Shown in pieces: positions 30,790 to 39,638 of a DNA stretch of 64,000 bases. The stretch's first letter is position 1. Every line of letters begins with the position of its first letter. The position numbers and the translations under genes were made by a program. The stretch comes from Thermoplasmata archaeon (GTDB taxonomy: Archaea > Thermoplasmatota > Thermoplasmata > Halarchaeoplasmatales > Halarchaeoplasmataceae). Location of the stretch: the NCBI GenBank assembly GCA_003551675.1, contig PUNG01000152.1, positions 5,377 through 69,376 on the forward strand, read 5' to 3'. Below the pieces are notes generated by a model, which did no database searches, had not been told where the DNA came from, and was given only the letters and a program-made list of their open reading frames with translations.

Positions 30790-31203
30790 ATGATTTACGA
30801 TATAGAGGTCAGAACGGAAAAACAACTACAAGTTGTAGATATCACCAAAGAGGTGGGCAAACATCTGGTAGATGTAGATGAAGGATCACTGACCCTTTTT
30901 GTTCCCCACACCACGGCGGCCTTGACCATACAGGAGGCTGACGAAGAACTATGGGACGATATGTTGGAGATCTATAAGAGACTGGTTCCCCTCAAAAACA
31001 ACTACAAGCATAATGCGAAGTATGGTGATATGACAGCGGAGCAAAACGCACACGCCCACATATTGAGCAGTCTGATCAAACCATCCGTTCATATACCCGT
31101 GAAGGACGGTAAGATGGTCTTGGGAACTTGGCAGAGAGTTCTTTTCATAGAGTTGGACGGAGGTAGGGCTCGAAAGGTGATGATGTATATATTGGAACCG
31201 TGA
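30790..31203 (+). CDS. YjbQ/UPF0047-family protein
   Basis: 137 aa with FVPHTTAALTIQEAD and the typical YjbQ length. Its start is 2 nt after the alaS stop. Confidence 0.6.
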   Translation: MIYDIEVRTEKQLQVVDITKEVGKHLVDVDEGSLTLFVPHTTAALTIQEADEELWDDMLEIYKRLVPLKNNYKHNAKYGDMTAEQNAHAHILSSLIKPSVHIPVKDGKMVLGTWQRVLFIELDGGRARKVMMYILEP

Positions 31204-31236
31204 ATTGTAACCGGTTTCACGGCTCCGTGTTAAACG

Positions 31237-31482
31237 TCATCCAAAGATGTTATCGAGTTCTTTTTTTACAGTCCCTCTGACCGACTTTCTGAGGCTTTTA
31301 GTTTCACACCTTGGACAGTCCACTTCTACTAGGCTCTTACCCTTTTCGATCTCTACGTCACCATGGAAAGAACAGTTGGAGCAGCTCATCCTTTCGATGT
31401 AGGTTCCCTTACCTTCTTCAGGAGTTTCCTCCTCTTGGTCAAGGTTTTCTTCTTCGTTGTTATATTCCATACTTTCAAACAA
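31237..31482 (-). CDS. Small acidic zinc-ribbon protein
   Basis: CSNCSF...CPRCET with an acidic N-terminus. Confidence 0.4.
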   Translation of the reverse strand: MFESMEYNNEEENLDQEEETPEEGKGTYIERMSCSNCSFHGDVEIEKGKSLVEVDCPRCETKSLRKSVRGTVKKELDNIFG

Positions 31483-31576
31483 ATCAATGTCTGTTTCGAT
31501 ATATAAGAATTAGGTCTGATACAAGGAAAGGAGGGTAGCTAGACATGTTTTCGGATCCCCCTCGAAGGTATTGTTT

Positions 31577-31930
31577 TCAGAAAACAAGGCCGTATATGCC
31601 TACCAACAGAGTTATTATGCCTATGATCGTCTGGAAGCTGCCTAACCATCTTGCAAGTTTATCTAGATGATCACCCACAGCTGGAAGAGTCTGGAGTATC
31701 CCTGCGCCTAACATTATTCCTGCTATTATCAGCATTATAGGACTTAGGCTTATACTGAACTTCCAGATACCTACGACCAGTGCAACTATGCCTATTATCC
31801 CTTGGAAACTGCCCAGCCATCTGGCAAATTTTTCTAGATGATCACCCAATGCGGGGATCGCTCCCAACAACCCAGTCAGCAGGACTAGACCTGCCAAGAT
31901 CAAGAGTATGTCTACTATCAATTTTTTCAC
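31577..31930 (-). CDS. Small membrane protein with internal tandem duplication
   Basis: Two ~55-aa halves each contain LPA(L/V)GDHL(E/D)K(F/L)ARWLGSFQ.IIGI..LVVGI. Confidence 0.5.
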   Translation of the reverse strand: MKKLIVDILLILAGLVLLTGLLGAIPALGDHLEKFARWLGSFQGIIGIVALVVGIWKFSISLSPIMLIIAGIMLGAGILQTLPAVGDHLDKLARWLGSFQTIIGIITLLVGIYGLVF

Positions 31931-31976
31931 CTATTATGAATATAGAATCGCATATATTTATATTTTTCTGCATTAT

Positions 31977-32063
31977 AGTTAAGGACATATGCTTTCTGTA
32001 ATTTAGATATGTCCTTAACTAGCAGTGGAGGACATAACGAATTGGCCATGAGTTATGTCTTCC
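31977..32063. promoter_or_regulatory. Two adjacent palindromes built from four GGACATA(T/A) half-sites (putative operator array)
   Basis: AGTTAAGGACATAT-N16-ATATGTCCTTAACT is a perfect 14-bp inverted repeat. It is followed by GGAGGACATAAC-N12-GTTATGTCTTCC. The array lies between the minus-strand TATA-like box (31931..31965) of the membrane-protein gene and the 3' end of tRNA-Ala. Confidence 0.35.
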
Positions 32064-32082
32064 ACTATAAATAGTTAAAGGA

Positions 32083-32180
32083 TGGACCAGCGGGGATTTG
32101 AACCCCGGGCCTCCACCATTCTAGCGGAGATGTTTTCTCCCGTTGCCAAGGTGGCGATCTTCCAACTGATCTACTGGCCC
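32083..32180 (-). tRNA. tRNA-Ala (anticodon GGC) with ~25-nt intron in the anticodon loop; CCA not encoded
   Basis: The reverse complement folds as a tRNA. The acceptor GGGCCAG/CTGGTCC includes a G3:U70 wobble, the Ala identity element. The D-stem is GATC/GATC and the anticodon stem CCACC/GGTGG with loop TTGGCA-intron-. The T-arm is CGGGG TTCAAAT CCCCG and the discriminator is A. Confidence 0.75.
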
Positions 32181-32296
32181 ATAAATACTCTCGGTTGGGA
32201 TGTCTGCCATGATAGTTCCACCTCCCATAAAAAACTTACGTCTCGGATGGGGGCGAAAGACTTATACCCACTTTCTAATACCGGCTTGGTGGTATA

Positions 32297-33394
32297 TTGA
32301 AAAAAGAAGATCCCTTTGTTTACGCCCACGAGAGGGAGCAAAAAATAGTTTGGATGAGCCAGAACACGAACCAGATCGAAACGTCTCCTGAGATAATAAA
32401 AGCCATGAAGGAGGCACTAGAAGAGGGTAAGTACAACCTTTATCCTCACCGTGACGGCATACTCGGATTGAAGCAGGCACTCCTGGATGACCTTGGTTTA
32501 AAGGATGGATTCGACGCCTTGATCACCAACGGGGCCATAGAAGGCACATATACTTTGACGAGGGCGATGCTGGAGGAAGGAGATAACGTCATCGCCTCCG
32601 ATCCCAGTTTCATGCCGATACATCACCAGATCGAACTCAGCGGTGCCGAGCCAAGGGAAATAGACGTTTATAAAGACCCCTACAAGTTGAGAGTGGAAGA
32701 GATCGAGGAGGCGGTGGATAAAAACACGAAGATGATACTTTTGATCGATCCCTTGAACCCTTTGGGTTCGTCCTACTCAAAAAAAGAAGTGAAGCAGATC
32801 TCTCAGATAGCTGAAGACAACGACCTTTTACTCATACATGATATCACCTATAGGGACTTTGCGTACGAACATACTTTGGCATCGGAGTTCGTTCCGGAAA
32901 GGACCATCTTTGTTTACTCGTTTTCGAAAAACGTAGGTTTCGCAGGGATGAGATTAGGCGCCCTCGTTATGCCAAAGGAGTATTCCGATATACTCCACAG
33001 ATATCGTACCAACGTTCTCTCGGCCAACGTTATAGCGCAGGTCGGCGCGAAAAAAGCTTTAGAAACCAAGGACGGTTGGTTACCAGATATGTTGAAACGA
33101 TCCAGAAAAAATCAGGCCATAATAAAGGAGGCCGTGGACAAGATACCGGATATAAGCTTACCCGTTTACCCCTCCAATACGAACATGTTCGTCATAGACG
33201 TGGAAAAAACGGGTTTAGATCCCCAGGAGATCCAAGAAAAGCTCCTCTATGAACACGATGTTTTCGTTAGGGGCGGCAATTATTTATCGAAAACAGCAGG
33301 GGATAAGTTCATACGGATATCTTTTACCGTATCTGAGGAAGGTACAAGAAAGTTTGCGGAAAGATTACCCATGGTGTTGGATGATCTGAGATGA
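32297..33394 (+). CDS. PLP-dependent aminotransferase, class I/II
   Basis: YSFSKNVGFAGMRLG supplies the PLP-lysine motif. The fold is aminotransferase-like. The start is possibly at a downstream Met. Confidence 0.8.
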   Translation: MKKEDPFVYAHEREQKIVWMSQNTNQIETSPEIIKAMKEALEEGKYNLYPHRDGILGLKQALLDDLGLKDGFDALITNGAIEGTYTLTRAMLEEGDNVIASDPSFMPIHHQIELSGAEPREIDVYKDPYKLRVEEIEEAVDKNTKMILLIDPLNPLGSSYSKKEVKQISQIAEDNDLLLIHDITYRDFAYEHTLASEFVPERTIFVYSFSKNVGFAGMRLGALVMPKEYSDILHRYRTNVLSANVIAQVGAKKALETKDGWLPDMLKRSRKNQAIIKEAVDKIPDISLPVYPSNTNMFVIDVEKTGLDPQEIQEKLLYEHDVFVRGGNYLSKTAGDKFIRISFTVSEEGTRKFAERLPMVLDDLR

Positions 33395-34047
33395 CCGAAG
33401 AACCTATACCGGTTTCCCACGGCGTATTCAAAATACAAGGAAACATATATACGCTAAATCTGGTACCCGGAAAGTCAGTTTACGGCGAAGAGCTCTTCCT
33501 GTATAAAGATGTAGAGTACCGGAGATGGGATCCTCGAAGGAGCAAACTGGGCGCCTTTTTGATCAAAGAAAAAGATCTGCCTTTCCGATACGACTCAGTG
33601 GTGCTTTATTTGGGAGCGGGCGACGGCACCACCGTATCTCATCTTTCAGATATTTTGACCCACGGAAAAGTTTTTGCCGTAGAAGTCGCTAAGAAACCTT
33701 ACAGAAATCTTTTAGAACTGTCAAAAAAAAGAAAGAACATATTTCCTGTACTTGCCGATGCTAGAAACCCCGAAAATTACAAGGACATCATAGGAAAAGT
33801 AGATGTGATCTACCAAGATATAGCGCAACGGGATCAGGTGGAGATATTCCTCAAGAACCTTTTCCTTCTCGAGGAAGAAAGATTCGCTCTCATAGCGGTG
33901 AAGGCTAGAAGTATGGACGTGTCAAGTCCCCCGAAAGAGATGTATCGTAAGGTAGAAAAAAGGCTGGAAGAACGTCACGAAGTGATCTCCTGTGTAGATA
34001 TATCCCCATGGCAGAAGGACCACGCCATAGTGGTGATCAAGAGATGA
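33391..34047 (+). CDS. flpA: Fibrillarin-like rRNA/tRNA 2'-O-methyltransferase
   Basis: VLYLGAGDGTTVSHLSDI...VFAVEVAKKPYRNL...VLADARNPENY...VDVIYQDIAQ. There is a 4-nt overlap with the upstream gene. Confidence 0.85.
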   Translation: MTEEPIPVSHGVFKIQGNIYTLNLVPGKSVYGEELFLYKDVEYRRWDPRRSKLGAFLIKEKDLPFRYDSVVLYLGAGDGTTVSHLSDILTHGKVFAVEVAKKPYRNLLELSKKRKNIFPVLADARNPENYKDIIGKVDVIYQDIAQRDQVEIFLKNLFLLEEERFALIAVKARSMDVSSPPKEMYRKVEKRLEERHEVISCVDISPWQKDHAIVVIKR

Positions 34048-34110
34048 ATCCGCAAAAGGCGACGCAAATCATCCAAATCTATTTTACACCCTTAACGATA
34101 TCACGGAACG

Positions 34111-34836
34111 ATGATCGATACGATCTTTATAGATGAAGATAAATTCTATGAAACGATATGGGGTAAATTATTCCTATTTTTCCTCCCGATCATGATCGGA
34201 TTCTCATACGTCGGTCTGCTTTACTTGATTTTAAAGGATGTTAATAACGTGTTTTGGGTCATCGGCCCCGCGATATTCGTTTATTTTTTCCCACCCTTAG
34301 GAAAGGAAACGGTGATACCTGGTGCGATCATCGCACTTCATGGAACCCTGGATCCCGTGGCCGCTGTATTTTTAGTTTCCGGCTCCATCGCGTTCGTAGA
34401 TATCGTGAGTTCATACTTTTTGATGTGGAATTTTTACATGGTAAAAAAGATACCTATGCTTGGAGATTGGATCGATGACTTCCAGAGCTTCGGTGCCCAA
34501 AAGATGAAAGAAAACAGATGGATAAAAAACACAGCCTTCCTAGGTGTCTCGAGTTTCGTAGTTTTTCCGTTCCAGGGGAGTGGCGGTGTCGGTGCGACCA
34601 TATTGGGGAGGATCATAGGCTTAAAAAAATTTCATGCGTGGCTGGCCATCATCGTTGGTTCTTTCGTAGGGTGTTTTACATTGGGGATACTTTCGTATTA
34701 CATGGGTGATGCCGTCAAGGGTGCGTTCGAAAGGAATATCTGGGCGGGTATAGGCGCTCTTGCTGTAGTGATAGTAGTGTTTATATTCTTTTATTACATA
34801 GCGAAAACCCGCTTGTTTGCAGAAAAAAAGAGGTAA
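34111..34836 (+). CDS. Polytopic membrane protein of unknown function
   Basis: 241 aa with about 6 TM helices. Confidence 0.4.
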   Translation: MIDTIFIDEDKFYETIWGKLFLFFLPIMIGFSYVGLLYLILKDVNNVFWVIGPAIFVYFFPPLGKETVIPGAIIALHGTLDPVAAVFLVSGSIAFVDIVSSYFLMWNFYMVKKIPMLGDWIDDFQSFGAQKMKENRWIKNTAFLGVSSFVVFPFQGSGGVGATILGRIIGLKKFHAWLAIIVGSFVGCFTLGILSYYMGDAVKGAFERNIWAGIGALAVVIVVFIFFYYIAKTRLFAEKKR

Positions 34837-34841
34837 GAAAG

Positions 34842-35810
34842 ATGAGGTTGAAAGATAGAAAGATCTTGGTGACAGGTGCCGCGGGCTTCATAGGCAGCCA
34901 TCTTTGTGATGCACTGTTGGAAAACAATAGAGTGATCGGATACGACAATCTCTCTTCTGGAAAGAAGGAGTTATTAGAACATCTTGAAGACGAAGATAGG
35001 TTCGAACTCGTGGTAGGAGATATATTGGATGAAGAATTCCTTTCACGGCAGATGGAACGATGCGATATGGTGTTCCATCTCGCGGCCAATCCAGATGTTA
35101 AAGTCGGGGCCGAAGACACCTTCGTCCATCTAGAGCAGAACATAATCGGGACCTATAACGTTCTGGAGTCCATGAGAAAAAATGCAGTCCAGGACATCGT
35201 GTTCACCTCCTCCTCTACGGTCTATGGTGAAACTGATGTCATACCGACGCCGGAGGACCTAGGTCCATTGAAACCCATATCATTATACGGCTCTTCCAAA
35301 CTGAGCTGCGAAGCCCTGATATCTTCTTTCTGTGAAACTTTCGAGATGAATTCCGTCTCTTTCAGATTTGCAAACGTAGTCGGTCCTCGAAGCACCCATG
35401 GGGTCACCTACGACTTCGTTGAAAAATTGAACAAAGATCCTTCTAAACTGGAGATACTAGGGGCTCCCCCCGGTACCAGCAAGTCTTATTTTTACATCAC
35501 CGATTGTATCGAAGGGATGCTCTTTGCGACTAAGAACGCAAAAAAAAGAGTGGAGTATTTCAACCTGGGTTCCGAAGATCACATAACCGTTGAAAAGATA
35601 GCGAACACAGTATGTGACGAGATGGGCCTCGAAGATGTAGAATACAGGTGGACAGGCGGCTCTAAAGATGACAAAGGAGGGTGGAAAGGAGACGTAAAAA
35701 CCATGCTCCTATCGTTAGAAAAGATAAAAGACCTTGGTTGGAAACCCCGGTACGACAGTAGTGAAGCCATCGCTAGAACTGTAAGGGCCTTAACGGGTAC
35801 GGTCCGTTGA
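34842..35810 (+). CDS. NAD-dependent epimerase/dehydratase (UDP-sugar 4-epimerase family)
   Basis: N-terminal ILVTGAAGFIGSHLCDAL Rossmann motif and an SDR-extended YGSSK catalytic motif (YxxxK). Confidence 0.8.
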   Translation: MRLKDRKILVTGAAGFIGSHLCDALLENNRVIGYDNLSSGKKELLEHLEDEDRFELVVGDILDEEFLSRQMERCDMVFHLAANPDVKVGAEDTFVHLEQNIIGTYNVLESMRKNAVQDIVFTSSSTVYGETDVIPTPEDLGPLKPISLYGSSKLSCEALISSFCETFEMNSVSFRFANVVGPRSTHGVTYDFVEKLNKDPSKLEILGAPPGTSKSYFYITDCIEGMLFATKNAKKRVEYFNLGSEDHITVEKIANTVCDEMGLEDVEYRWTGGSKDDKGGWKGDVKTMLLSLEKIKDLGWKPRYDSSEAIARTVRALTGTVR

Positions 35811-36280
35811 AGATCCCTATCACGTCATATGAATGAACCTAGTATGTCGGCTGGTTTGGCGATCCAAACAGCCAGCAATATACAACCAACGAAGTAGAGA
35901 TAGTACAATATCTCGTACTTATGGTCGTCCAATTTTTTACTCAGCTCATCCGTCATACGATATCACCTAACTTGTCATACATATTTATGACAAAGTCATT
36001 CAATTTCGTACACCTATAAATACTTTTTCACCGATTTCTACTTTTCTTACCGCTAACAACAACCAAAAAAATATAAGTAGTTCAATCACTATCTTAAGTC
36101 ACTTGAGGAATCTGAATGGATAAAAAAATCCACAAAAAAATAGATAAGCAGGACGAATCTATCGGCATCGGCGATATCCAGGATATGATGAAAAAGATAC
36201 AAGAGGAGAATCCTGATAGAGAGGTCTTCTTCGACGGAGATGAATATGCTATCTGTAGTACAAAAAAGGAAGGATGACCC

Positions 36281-37033
36281 TTGATCCTGATCAAACTAGG
36301 CGGCAGTATTTTAACCTTCAAGGACCGCAAGTATTCTTTTAGAACTCATGTGGCAGAGAGATTGATCAAAGAGATAAAAAATAGTTCCGTTGACCGATAC
36401 GTGTTGGTTCACGGAGGTGGAAGTTTTGGTCATCCTGGAGCCCAGAAGTACGGCTTGAATACCACTGAACCTCCATCGCCGGCCGAGGGTATTTCTAGAG
36501 TTCAATTGGATATGAGGAGGATGAACAATCACATATTAGAGATGATGCTGGACCAAGGTATTTGGGCGGTCTCTATGCCCGGGGGCTTGATCACTATTTT
36601 CGATGGTGGTGAGCTTTATGAGATAGATCACGAGATGGTAAGGCGGTATCTTTCTTTAGGCACGGTACCGTTGGCCTTCGGCGACGTGACCATCGATAAG
36701 AAAAGAGGCACCACCATCTGTTCCGGAGATGATATCATGTTGGGTCTGTCCGACTTTGCCGACAGAGCTGTCTTCGTCAGTGATATCGACGGTATCTACA
36801 AAGGAGGAGAACTCCAGGAAGAATTTACGGAAGATATGCTGCCTTTGGAGACCCATGACCTGCCCAACGAGAAAAAAAAGATAGACGTCACCGGAGGCAT
36901 GAACAAAAAAGTGAAAAACATGCTCAAGATCTCCGAGAGATCCAAGACCTATCTGGTCAATGGTGAGGTAAAGGGTAGATTGAGAAAGATATTGGATGAA
37001 GAAGAAGTGCTCGCAACGGAAGTGATAGGATGA
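36281..37033 (+). CDS. ipk: Isopentenyl phosphate kinase
   Basis: Amino-acid-kinase fold (ILIKLGGSILT...VLVHGGGSFGH) and a position immediately upstream of fni and GGPPS. The apparent start is TTG. Confidence 0.75.
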   Translation: MILIKLGGSILTFKDRKYSFRTHVAERLIKEIKNSSVDRYVLVHGGGSFGHPGAQKYGLNTTEPPSPAEGISRVQLDMRRMNNHILEMMLDQGIWAVSMPGGLITIFDGGELYEIDHEMVRRYLSLGTVPLAFGDVTIDKKRGTTICSGDDIMLGLSDFADRAVFVSDIDGIYKGGELQEEFTEDMLPLETHDLPNEKKKIDVTGGMNKKVKNMLKISERSKTYLVNGEVKGRLRKILDEEEVLATEVIG

Positions 37034-38076
37034 TAGAATCGAGGAAAGAGGATCATGTAGATATATGTCTGAATGAAGAAGTCGAGATAAAAAAGAATTA
37101 TTGGGACGAGATAAAACTGCATCACCAATCGGCACCTGAGATCGATCTAGATGATATATCTTTGAAAGCTAATTTTTTGGGAGGAAGGCTTGACGCGCCC
37201 ATCGTCATCGCAGGGATCACCGGAGGTTATGGAGGCGCTGCCGAGTTGAATCGGGGTTTAGCAAAAACAGCCGAAAAGATGGGGATCGGCTTTGGAGTCG
37301 GTAGTCAAAGAGCGGCACTAGAAGATGAAAGATTGAGAGACAGTTATGAACTGATATCGGATCATTCCATACCTCTGGTTTTTGGTAATATAGGTGCACC
37401 TCAATTGATAAGTCAGAACGATGAAGAACCCTTCGGTGTGCAGGAAGCTAAAAAGGCCCTTGATATGATAGGCGGAGATTATCTCGCCGTACATTTTAAT
37501 TATCTTCAAGAAGCGGTACAACCTGAAGGCGACACGAGAGCTAAAGGAGTCATGAACGCTCTGAGTGAAATATCGGATCATGTTCCTACCATCGCTAAAG
37601 AGACAGGTGCGGGAGTATCTTCCGCCACGGCGATGGAATTTCGTGATGCGGGTGTAGCCGCCATAGACGTGGGTGGCATGGGCGGTACGTCGTTCTCCGC
37701 GGTGGAGTATCACCGACTCAAAGACGAAAGGAAAAAGAAAATAGCGAAGGATCTCTGGGACTGGGGTATACCCACTCCCGTTTCGCTGATAGAATGTAGA
37801 GGATCCGTATCTTTACCCATGATGGCTACAGGAGGCATCAGGAACGGAGTTCAGATAGCCAAAGCACTGTCTCTAGGGGCAGACGTGGTAGGGATAGCCG
37901 GGGGCATTCTTCCCGAAATAGATAAAGGTGAGAACGCATCTCTCCAATATATCGAAAGATTGAAAGAGGAGCTGAAGATCACCATGTTCTTGTTGGGATG
38001 TGAGAGACCTAAAGATCTATGTGATATAGACAAGGTGATCACAGGAGAATTGGAAGCCTGGATAGGAAGGAGGTAG
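37030..38076 (+). CDS. fni: Isopentenyl-diphosphate delta-isomerase, type 2 (FMN-dependent)
   Basis: TIM-barrel FMN motifs (MATGGIRNGVQIAKALSLGADVVGIAGG). There is a 4-nt overlap with ipk. Confidence 0.85.
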   Translation: MIESRKEDHVDICLNEEVEIKKNYWDEIKLHHQSAPEIDLDDISLKANFLGGRLDAPIVIAGITGGYGGAAELNRGLAKTAEKMGIGFGVGSQRAALEDERLRDSYELISDHSIPLVFGNIGAPQLISQNDEEPFGVQEAKKALDMIGGDYLAVHFNYLQEAVQPEGDTRAKGVMNALSEISDHVPTIAKETGAGVSSATAMEFRDAGVAAIDVGGMGGTSFSAVEYHRLKDERKKKIAKDLWDWGIPTPVSLIECRGSVSLPMMATGGIRNGVQIAKALSLGADVVGIAGGILPEIDKGENASLQYIERLKEELKITMFLLGCERPKDLCDIDKVITGELEAWIGRR

Positions 38077-38081
38077 AGATC

Positions 38082-39065
38082 ATGTCGTTGATGGATGAGA
38101 TGAACAAAAGAAAGGGCAGGATAGAGAAAGAGATATCTGAAGTCTTTGATCATAACAGGAGCCATCCCATGTGGGAAAATATGGCGTATTATCCTGAAGC
38201 GGGAGGAAAGAGACTGCGACCGTTTTTGACTATGATCACCACCGGTGCGTTCGGTGAGGAGGAAAGCAGGGCTATACCTTACGCTGTGGCGATAGAGTTA
38301 GTACATAATTTTACACTGGTACACGACGACATAATGGACAAAGACGAGAGGCGGAGGGGTAAAAAAACGTTGTACAAAAAGATCGGCGACGCCCGCGCCA
38401 TCAATGCAGGGGACGGTCTTTTTGCTCTAGCTTTTAAAAAACTGGCCGAAACCGATGTGGATGAAAAAGATCTGAGAGTTTTGCTTGATGAGTTATCCAC
38501 CTCCATCGTTAGAGTGGCCGAGGGACAGGAAGAAGATCTTAGTTTTCAAGGAACATACGATATCACCGAGGATGAATTCATAGATATGATAGAAAAGAAG
38601 ACCGGCTATCTTTTCAGAGCCGCCACCCGGGGAGGCGCTATGATAGGCGGAGCGGATGAAGCCTCGATCAAGGCGGTCGGTGAATACGCCAGAAAGATGG
38701 GGATCGCCTTCCAGATACAGGACGATTATTTAGACCTCATAGGAGATGAAGAGCTCATAGGTAAGGATGTCGGCAGCGATATAGGAGAAGGAAAAAAAAC
38801 ATTGATGGTGATAAAGTCCCTATCGGAGTTGCCCCATGAGAACAAAGAAAGGCTCATCGAGATATTAGAAAAGGAAAGTAATACGACGGAGGAAGTCAGA
38901 GAGGCCGTGGACCTGTTCGAAAAAGCCGGAGCCGTCGAATATTCTAAAGATTTAGCTGAAAAGTACGCTAGGGAAGCTAAAGAACATCTAGAGATCCTCT
39001 CGGATGGAGAATACAAAAAGATGCTTGAAGAATTGATAGAATTTATGATCTCCCGGAACAGGTAG
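38082..39065 (+). CDS. idsA: Geranylgeranyl diphosphate synthase (polyprenyl synthetase)
   Basis: First DDxxD motif LVHDDIMDKDERRRGK; second motif FQIQDDYLDL. Confidence 0.85.
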   Translation: MSLMDEMNKRKGRIEKEISEVFDHNRSHPMWENMAYYPEAGGKRLRPFLTMITTGAFGEEESRAIPYAVAIELVHNFTLVHDDIMDKDERRRGKKTLYKKIGDARAINAGDGLFALAFKKLAETDVDEKDLRVLLDELSTSIVRVAEGQEEDLSFQGTYDITEDEFIDMIEKKTGYLFRAATRGGAMIGGADEASIKAVGEYARKMGIAFQIQDDYLDLIGDEELIGKDVGSDIGEGKKTLMVIKSLSELPHENKERLIEILEKESNTTEEVREAVDLFEKAGAVEYSKDLAEKYAREAKEHLEILSDGEYKKMLEELIEFMISRNR

Positions 39066-39066
39066 A

Positions 39067-39603
39067 TCAAAATAATTTTTTTAAGCTCTCCCGTGCTCTA
39101 CAAAGTGCGATCATAGTGTGAGGGTGTAAAATCTTCCCACTATCCAACATATCGTACACCTCTTTTATTTTCAATGATACCACATCTATATCTTCCCCTT
39201 GGTCGTGGTTCACTTCACCGCTCTTCTCCGCTTCTCCTAGATAAAGATAAGCTTTTTGATCGTTCAAACTCGCAACGGGATGGTAGTCTATGAGCCTTTG
39301 GCTTTTTTTGAGCTCATAACCAGTTTCTTCTCTGAGCTCTCTTCCCGCCGCTTCCTGAGGAGATTCTCCTTCTTCGATGAAACCCGCCGGGAGTTCTATT
39401 ACCTTTTGATCTATGGGATACCTGTAGTTTTTTACCATGACCAGTTCATCTTCTACTCTAGGGAGGACTCCTGCGAAGTCAGGTAGATCCAACATAGTAT
39501 AGGTCATTTCAGTCCCATCTGGAAGAACGACGTCGTCTTCTGCCAGGGTAAAAAAAGTAGATCTCGCCACCGTCCTGGAATCTTTTTTTTTCCACGAGTT
39601 CAT
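39067..39603 (-). CDS. NUDIX hydrolase (ADP-ribose pyrophosphatase-like)
   Basis: Nudix box GFIEEGESPQEAAGRELREETG. Confidence 0.8.
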   Translation of the reverse strand: MNSWKKKDSRTVARSTFFTLAEDDVVLPDGTEMTYTMLDLPDFAGVLPRVEDELVMVKNYRYPIDQKVIELPAGFIEEGESPQEAAGRELREETGYELKKSQRLIDYHPVASLNDQKAYLYLGEAEKSGEVNHDQGEDIDVVSLKIKEVYDMLDSGKILHPHTMIALCRARESLKKLF

Positions 39604-39638
39604 ATCGTCAAAACAGAGAAAGAGGTATTTTTACTTGT

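Noticed and set aside
35868-35998. Imperfect hairpins (GGCTGGTTTGG/CCAAACAGCC and CTTGTCATA/TATGACAAG) downstream of the epimerase gene as a defined regulatory element
   Set aside because: Arms are short and imperfect and lie in AT-rich intergenic DNA. They are plausibly incidental or a simple terminator, and there is no repeated half-site architecture like that at 31977..32063.
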